Shown here: positions 59,192 to 64,000 of the stretch, piece by piece | Layout of the letters: every line of letters starts with the position of its first letter | How positions within the stretch are numbered: position 1 is the stretch's first letter | Source of the DNA: Candidatus Saelkia tenebricola | GTDB taxonomy: Bacteria; Omnitrophota; Gorgyraeia; Kaelpiales; Kaelpiaceae | Length of the DNA: 64,000 nt | Reading direction: 5' to 3' | Assembly (NCBI GenBank): GCA_030765145.1 | Contig: JAVCDA010000046.1 | Location: 6,142 to 70,141, forward strand | Position numbers and translations under genes: made by a program | The notes under the pieces: model-generated | Told to the model about the DNA's origin: nothing | The model's database searches: none | Seen by the model: the letters and a program-made list of their open reading frames with translations, nothing else

Positions 59192-59788
59192 GTGAAGACT
59201 ATACTCATTGTATTTTGTTCTTATTTGATAGGTTCAGTTCCTTTTGCTTACATAATATCTAAAATGCTTTCTCGTGTTGATATAAGAGACGAAGGTAGCG
59301 GGAATGTTGGTGCAACTAATGTTTTAAGAGTTGTGGGTTTCTTTCCCGGGGTGGCGGTGCTTTTACTGGATATTCTAAAAGGTGTATTAGTGATAAAAAT
59401 AGCACAGTTGTTTATAGGAGAAAATTTTGTTTATTTAGTGGGGTTGGCTGTTATAGTTGGACATTGCTGGAGCCCATTCCTTAAATTTAAAGGTGGTAAA
59501 GGAGTTGCAACAACGCTTGGAGTTTTATTGGCAGTTGAACCGGGTTATCTTTTTTATACGGTTATAGTATGGTTGCTTGTATTTTTGTTATTTAAAATCG
59601 TATCTTTAGCTTCTATTGTTTCTGTGTTATTTTTGCCATTAGCCTTAATTTTTAAGGGAGAGGTTCCTTGGGTGTTGATTTTTATAGCTTTATACTCAGG
59701 AATTATAATATTTCGCCATAAGGGGAATATCGTAAAGCTTATTCGGGGAGAGGAGCAGAAGATTCAGTTTCCAAGGTGTTCTAAGTAG
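59192..59788 (+). CDS. plsY: glycerol-3-phosphate acyltransferase PlsY
   Basis: 'GSGNVGATNVLR' motif and 5 TM segments. GTG start after a GGAGGTG RBS. Confidence 0.85.
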   Translation: MKTILIVFCSYLIGSVPFAYIISKMLSRVDIRDEGSGNVGATNVLRVVGFFPGVAVLLLDILKGVLVIKIAQLFIGENFVYLVGLAVIVGHCWSPFLKFKGGKGVATTLGVLLAVEPGYLFYTVIVWLLVFLLFKIVSLASIVSVLFLPLALIFKGEVPWVLIFIALYSGIIIFRHKGNIVKLIRGEEQKIQFPRCSK

Positions 59789-59852
59789 GAATGTTGTGGT
59801 ATATATCTTGTGACAGCATTTTATTCACACTTTTTAAAAATTTTTATAAAAT

Positions 59853-59881
59853 TTGATTTTTTAATGATTAAATGGTATAAT
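59853..59881 (+). promoter_or_regulatory. sigma70 promoter (-35 TTGATT, 17-bp spacer, extended -10 TGgTATAAT)
   Basis: Read directly from the sequence, 20 bp upstream of the 118-aa ORF, with a following AAGGAGA RBS. Confidence 0.5.
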
Positions 59882-59901
59882 TATACTAAGGAGAAAGAAT
59901 T

Positions 59902-60258
59902 ATGAAGAAAGTTTTATATAAAAGAGAGACTTCAAGGGATAGAAAGAAGAAATTTATTTCTTTTCAACAGAGGCTGAAAAAAGAGGGGAGAAAGATTGAT
60001 ATTTACAGAAAATGTAACTATGATATAAAAGAAGACAAGCGTTTTAAAGATCAGTTGGAAATCGATGAATTTTTAAATCAAATGTCATTTCATCAGGAAT
60101 TAAGCCATGTATACATTAAAAAAATTGTAGATACCAAAAGCGATAAAGTTGTTATAAGTTATATATCCCGGGGTATTATCTTTGCGATATTAAAACGTAC
60201 TTTGTATAGGATATCTTTTAAACAAGAACATGTCTTAGAATCGATTCCTTTTCAGTAA
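59902..60258 (+). CDS. hypothetical basic protein (118 aa)
   Basis: K/R-rich N-terminus. No recognisable motif. Has its own well-formed promoter and RBS. Confidence 0.45.
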   Translation: MKKVLYKRETSRDRKKKFISFQQRLKKEGRKIDIYRKCNYDIKEDKRFKDQLEIDEFLNQMSFHQELSHVYIKKIVDTKSDKVVISYISRGIIFAILKRTLYRISFKQEHVLESIPFQ

Positions 60259-60320
60259 ATTTAACTTTTCTGTAAGTTTTCCAAGTTTACACGTTTGTAA
60301 GTTTAGCATATACTATTTTT

Positions 60321-61001
60321 ATGAATTTAGATAATCCTCTTGTAATTATTCCGGTTCATAATGAAGCAAGGCTTTTAGGTGGTGTGTTAAAAGATATTCT
60401 AAGATTAAATATGTTCGATGTTCTTGTTGTTGACGATGGTTCTCATGATAAAACATGTGAAGTTGTGAATTTATACAATGTGGTTTTAATAAAAAATAAT
60501 GTTAATTTAGGTAAAGGTGCGGCATTGAAGCGAGGTTTTGATTATGCATTAGAAAACGGATATCAGTCTGTAATTACAGTTGATGGCGATGGCCAACATA
60601 AAAGTGAAGATCTGTTAATAGTTTATCAAGCTTTTTTAGATAGTGAGTCAGACATAATAATAGGTAATCGAATGTGGTGTCCGTTAGGTATGCCTAAAAT
60701 AAGAAAAGTAACTAATTTTCTTATGTCCAAATTGCTTTCTCGGTTAACCGGGACAAGAATTCCGGACTCTCAATGCGGATTAAAATTAATTAGAAGAAGA
60801 ATTCTTAGTGATGTAAATATTTCAAGTAATAAATTTGAAGTTGAATCTGAGATTTTATTTCAATCCATACAGAAGGATTATAAAATTAAATCTGTAAATA
60901 TTTCTTCTATTTATATCCCTGAAAGAAAAAGTCATATCAGGCCGTTGCAAGATACGGTACGGTTTTTCAAATATTTGGTAAAAATCTTTTTTAATAAATG
61001 A
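60321..61001 (+). CDS. GT2 glycosyltransferase (soluble, Dpm1-like core)
   Basis: 'IIPVHNEARLL', 'VVDDGSHD' and 'TVDGDGQH' motifs. Confidence 0.75.
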   Translation: MNLDNPLVIIPVHNEARLLGGVLKDILRLNMFDVLVVDDGSHDKTCEVVNLYNVVLIKNNVNLGKGAALKRGFDYALENGYQSVITVDGDGQHKSEDLLIVYQAFLDSESDIIIGNRMWCPLGMPKIRKVTNFLMSKLLSRLTGTRIPDSQCGLKLIRRRILSDVNISSNKFEVESEILFQSIQKDYKIKSVNISSIYIPERKSHIRPLQDTVRFFKYLVKIFFNK

Positions 61002-61639
61002 GTTTCAAATCCCAAAGAGTAGCAATGGTACGAGATCAAATTAAATCCCGTGGTATTAAAAATGCTGATGTCGTTCGAGCTATGCTAAAAGTGGAAAGAG
61101 ACAAATTCTTACCCCAAACTCTTGTGTCTTGCGCTTATTCCGATTATCCTTTGCCTATCTCCTGTGGGCAGACTATTTCCCAGCCTTTTATGGTAGGGTT
61201 GATGAGTGAATGTTTGAAAATTGTAAAAAACAATTCAGTTTTAGAAATCGGTACCGGAAGCGGTTATCAAACGGCATTGCTTAGGGAAATGACTGATGAA
61301 GTTTATACTGTAGAAAGATATCCTCAGCTTTTAGAACGGGCAGAGAATGTTCTAGAGTCTTTAGGGTATGATGATATACATTTTAAATTAGGAGATGGTA
61401 CTTTGGGCTGGGATGAGTTTGCGCCTTATGATAGGATTATTGTAACTGCTTCAGCTCCTTCAATCCCTCGATCGTTATTTCAACAGCTTAAAGAAGAAGG
61501 GAGGCTTATAATTCCAGTGGGGGGGAAATATCATCAGGAATTGAAAATCGTAGTTAAAAAAGGTATGGTATCGGAGGAAGATGATATATGCGGTTGTGTT
61601 TTTGTTCCGTTGATTGGAAAAGAAGGGTGGGAAGAATAG
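60998..61639 (+). CDS. pcm: protein-L-isoaspartate O-methyltransferase
   Basis: 'TISQPFMV' and 'VLEIGTGSGYQTA' motifs. Confidence 0.9.
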   Translation: MSFKSQRVAMVRDQIKSRGIKNADVVRAMLKVERDKFLPQTLVSCAYSDYPLPISCGQTISQPFMVGLMSECLKIVKNNSVLEIGTGSGYQTALLREMTDEVYTVERYPQLLERAENVLESLGYDDIHFKLGDGTLGWDEFAPYDRIIVTASAPSIPRSLFQQLKEEGRLIIPVGGKYHQELKIVVKKGMVSEEDDICGCVFVPLIGKEGWEE

Positions 61640-61651
61640 AAAGGAGATAGA

Positions 61652-62107
61652 ATGGAGAATATTTTAAGGGTTATCTTAACAGCTGCAATGCCGGTTTCAG
61701 AATTGAGAGGCGCAATTCCTTTAGCAATATTCGGTTATAAATTTTCACTTCCAGAAGCGTTCTTAATTTCTGTAATTGGTAATCTATTACCGGTTCCTTT
61801 TTTATTGTTACTTTTTGCTCCCGTTGCTAAAAAATTAAGAGAACTCTTCTTTTTAAAAAAGTTTTTTCTCTGGTTAGAAAATCGGACAAAAAAGAAAGCC
61901 AGGCTTATTGAAAAGTATGAATTTTTAGGTCTGATATTGTTTGTTGCGGTGCCATTTCCTACTACAGGTGCCTGGACAGGATCTTTTGCCGCAACTATAT
62001 TTAAAATAAGATTTCGCCGGGCTTTCTTGGCTATTACATTGGGGGTAATTATAGCCGGTATCATTGTGACTCTTCTTTCTTGGGGCGGGATATTGTTCCT
62101 TAAATAA
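61652..62107 (+). CDS. small integral membrane protein (putative small multidrug-export family, COG2426-like)
   Basis: 'GAIPLA' and '[11 protein letters not shown]' motifs and 4 TM segments. Confidence 0.45.
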   Translation: MENILRVILTAAMPVSELRGAIPLAIFGYKFSLPEAFLISVIGNLLPVPFLLLLFAPVAKKLRELFFLKKFFLWLENRTKKKARLIEKYEFLGLILFVAVPFPTTGAWTGSFAATIFKIRFRRAFLAITLGVIIAGIIVTLLSWGGILFLK

Positions 62108-62127
62108 TAATAAATCAAAAAATTTTT

Positions 62128-64000
62128 ATGGAATTTAAATTAGTAAGTACATATGAGCCTACTGGTGATCAACCCCAGGCAATTGAGGAATTGAGAGAGG
62201 GCATTTCGAGAAACACATCACACCAGACACTTTTGGGTGTTACCGGAAGTGGCAAAACATTTACTATTGCCAATATTATAGATAGTGTAAACAAACCAAC
62301 GCTTGTGATATCACACAATAAGACGCTTGCGGCTCAATTATATCAGGAATTTAAAGAGTTTTTTCCTTACAATGCGGTTGAATATTTTGTCAGTTATTAT
62401 GATTACTATCAACCCGAAGCGTATATTTCTCAAACAGATACCTACATAGAAAAGGATGCTTCCATTAATGAAGAGCTGGATAAATTGAGATTAAGAGCTA
62501 CTGCAGCTCTAATGATGAGAAAAGATGTAATAGTTGTTGCTTCTGTTTCCTGTATTTATAATCTGGGTTCTCCTCAGGAATATAAAGAGCTGTTTTTTGA
62601 ATTAGAAAGAGCGCAAATTATATCAAGGAAAGATATGTTGCGATCTTTGATTGAAATTCAGTATGAAAGGAATGATACAGAGCTTAAAAGAGGTAGTTTT
62701 TGTGTCAGAGGGGATGTGATAGAAATCCATCCGACTTATGATGATAAAGCCATAAGAGTTGAGTTTGATGATGATGAAGTTAAAAACATAGAGACATTTG
62801 ATGTTCTAACGCGCAATAAAATTTCTGAGATTGAAAGACTGGTAGTTTATCCTGCTAAGCATTTTGTTACAACTGAAGATAGGATTGAATCCGCACTGGT
62901 TTCTATTGAAAACGAACTGGAGTTAAGGTTGAAAGAATTAAAAAAAGAAGGAAAACTTTTGGAATTCGAAAGATTAAAATCCAGGACAAGATATGATATG
63001 GAAATGTTACGGGAAGTAGGTTACTGTCATGGGATTGAAAACTATTCTCGGCATCTCTCATCAAGGCCTCAAGGTATGCGTCCATACTGCTTAATAGATT
63101 ATTTAGGAGATGATTTTCTTACTATTATTGATGAGTCTCATGTTGCAATTCCTCAACTTAGAGGGATGTATAACGGTGATAGAGCAAGAAAACAGAATCT
63201 GGTTGATTTTGGATTTCGTTTACCGTCATGTCTGGAGAACAGGCCTTTAAAGTTTAAGGAGTTTGAAAATATAATACATGATGTTATTTTCGTATCTGCG
63301 ACTCCGTCTGAATATGAAATCAAAAAAAGCGATATGCGTGTGGTGGAACAAATTATCAGGCCTACAGGTTTACTTGACCCTGCAATTGTAGTAAATCCGT
63401 CCAAAGGTCAGATTGAAAATTTAGTTACAGAGATAAAAAAAAGATCTATTAGGTGTGAAAGAACCATTGTTACAACTTTAACAAAAAGAATGGCAGAAGA
63501 TTTATCGGATTATTTAGAGGAGCTTGGTGTAAAAGTGCAGTATTTACATTCTGAGATAAATACGATTGAAAGGGTTAAAATATTAAAAGCCCTAAGACTT
63601 AAGGAGATTGATTGCATTGTGGGGATCAATCTTTTGCGGGAAGGGTTAGACTTGCCTGAAGTTTCACTTGTAGCTATTTTAGATGCTGATAAAGAAGGTT
63701 TTTTAAGGTCTTTTACTTCTTTGATTCAGGTTGCAGGCCGTGCTGCGAGGAATGTTAATGGTAAAGTTATTATGTATGCGGATAATATTACAGATTCTAT
63801 GAAAAAAGTTATTTTTGAAACAGAAAGAAGAAGAACTGTTCAATCAGAGTATAATAAAAAACACCACATTACCCCTGCAACTGTTAAAAAGGCAATTCGC
63901 AATCATCTTGAATCTTATGAAGAAGCAAAAAAGATAGTGAGGGATGTAAGCGGGGATGAAGATTTTGATTTCCAGTTTATCATTCTAGAGCTTTATAGGG
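62128..64000 (+). CDS. uvrB: excinuclease ABC subunit B; 5' part only, continues beyond the window end
   Basis: '[14 protein letters not shown]', Walker A '[10 protein letters not shown]', '[13 protein letters not shown]' and the helicase motifs 'VIDESH' and 'SATP'. There is no stop codon before position 64000. Confidence 0.95.
   Translation, partial: MEFKLVSTYEPTGDQPQAIEELREGISRNTSHQTLLGVTGSGKTFTIANIIDSVNKPTLVISHNKTLAAQLYQEFKEFFPYNAVEYFVSYYDYYQPEAYISQTDTYIEKDASINEELDKLRLRATAALMMRKDVIVVASVSCIYNLGSPQEYKELFFELERAQIISRKDMLRSLIEIQYERNDTELKRGSFCVRGDVIEIHPTYDDKAIRVEFDDDEVKNIETFDVLTRNKISEIERLVVYPAKHFVTTEDRIESALVSIENELELRLKELKKEGKLLEFERLKSRTRYDMEMLREVGYCHGIENYSRHLSSRPQGMRPYCLIDYLGDDFLTIIDESHVAIPQLRGMYNGDRARKQNLVDFGFRLPSCLENRPLKFKEFENIIHDVIFVSATPSEYEIKKSDMRVVEQIIRPTGLLDPAIVVNPSKGQIENLVTEIKKRSIRCERTIVTTLTKRMAEDLSDYLEELGVKVQYLHSEINTIERVKILKALRLKEIDCIVGINLLREGLDLPEVSLVAILDADKEGFLRSFTSLIQVAGRAARNVNGKVIMYADNITDSMKKVIFETERRRTVQSEYNKKHHITPATVKKAIRNHLESYEEAKKIVRDVSGDEDFDFQFIILELYR

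Overview
This window is a 64 kb, AT-rich stretch of bacterial chromosome that is densely coding and almost entirely on the + strand. The phylum cannot be determined from the sequence. The calls below rest on motifs read directly from the supplied ORF translations; no database search was run.

Gene content in order:
- An FecBCD/Btu-type ABC importer: substrate-binding protein (3' end only), permease and ATPase.
- Nucleotide-sugar genes: an SDR epimerase carrying a 4-Cys insertion, a dTDP-glucose 4,6-dehydratase and an HAD hydrolase.
- The hrcA-grpE-dnaK-dnaJ heat-shock operon, preceded by a perfect CIRCE operator.
- DUF1015, accD, and on the - strand thpR/ligT and a CinA-C/pncC-like gene.
- A short archaeal-type leuD, then leuB and asd.
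- An NSS-family transporter and truA.
- A putative cell-surface glycan cluster: methyltransferase, GT2 polyprenol-P-sugar synthase, AsnB-type amidotransferase, a GT-C/ArnT-like membrane protein, a 990-aa B12-binding radical-SAM protein with a roughly 530-aa C-terminal extension of unknown type, and a GT87/DUF2029 membrane protein. It ends in a clear intrinsic terminator.
- An orphan multi-PAS histidine kinase.
- tRNA-Arg(ACG) directly followed by tadA; tRNA-Ser(GCT); dnaX; recR.
- Two small unknown tandem genes behind a sigma54-like -24/-12 element.
- A 14-gene translationally coupled array: argD-argF, argG-argH-lysA-dapF-dapA-dapB-[CHASE2-PP2C phosphatase]-[RecB-family nuclease-like]-dapL-folK-panC-nadX-like.
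- gap, a GT9 heptosyltransferase-like gene, a DegT aminotransferase, mgtE (- strand).
- A 978-aa UvrD-type helicase fused to a Cas4/AddB-like Fe-S nuclease domain, then a NYN/YacP gene.
- lepB, a glycine-zipper lipoprotein with a zinc ribbon, pgsA-like, der, plsY, a basic hypothetical protein, a GT2, pcm, a small membrane protein and the 5' part of uvrB.

No CRISPR array, transposase, integrase or rRNA was seen.

The three regions I rank highest for possible novelty are:
- the radical-SAM C-terminal fusion inside the glycan cluster;
- the CHASE2-PP2C plus nuclease-like pair embedded in the lysine operon;
- the sigma54-like small-protein pair.
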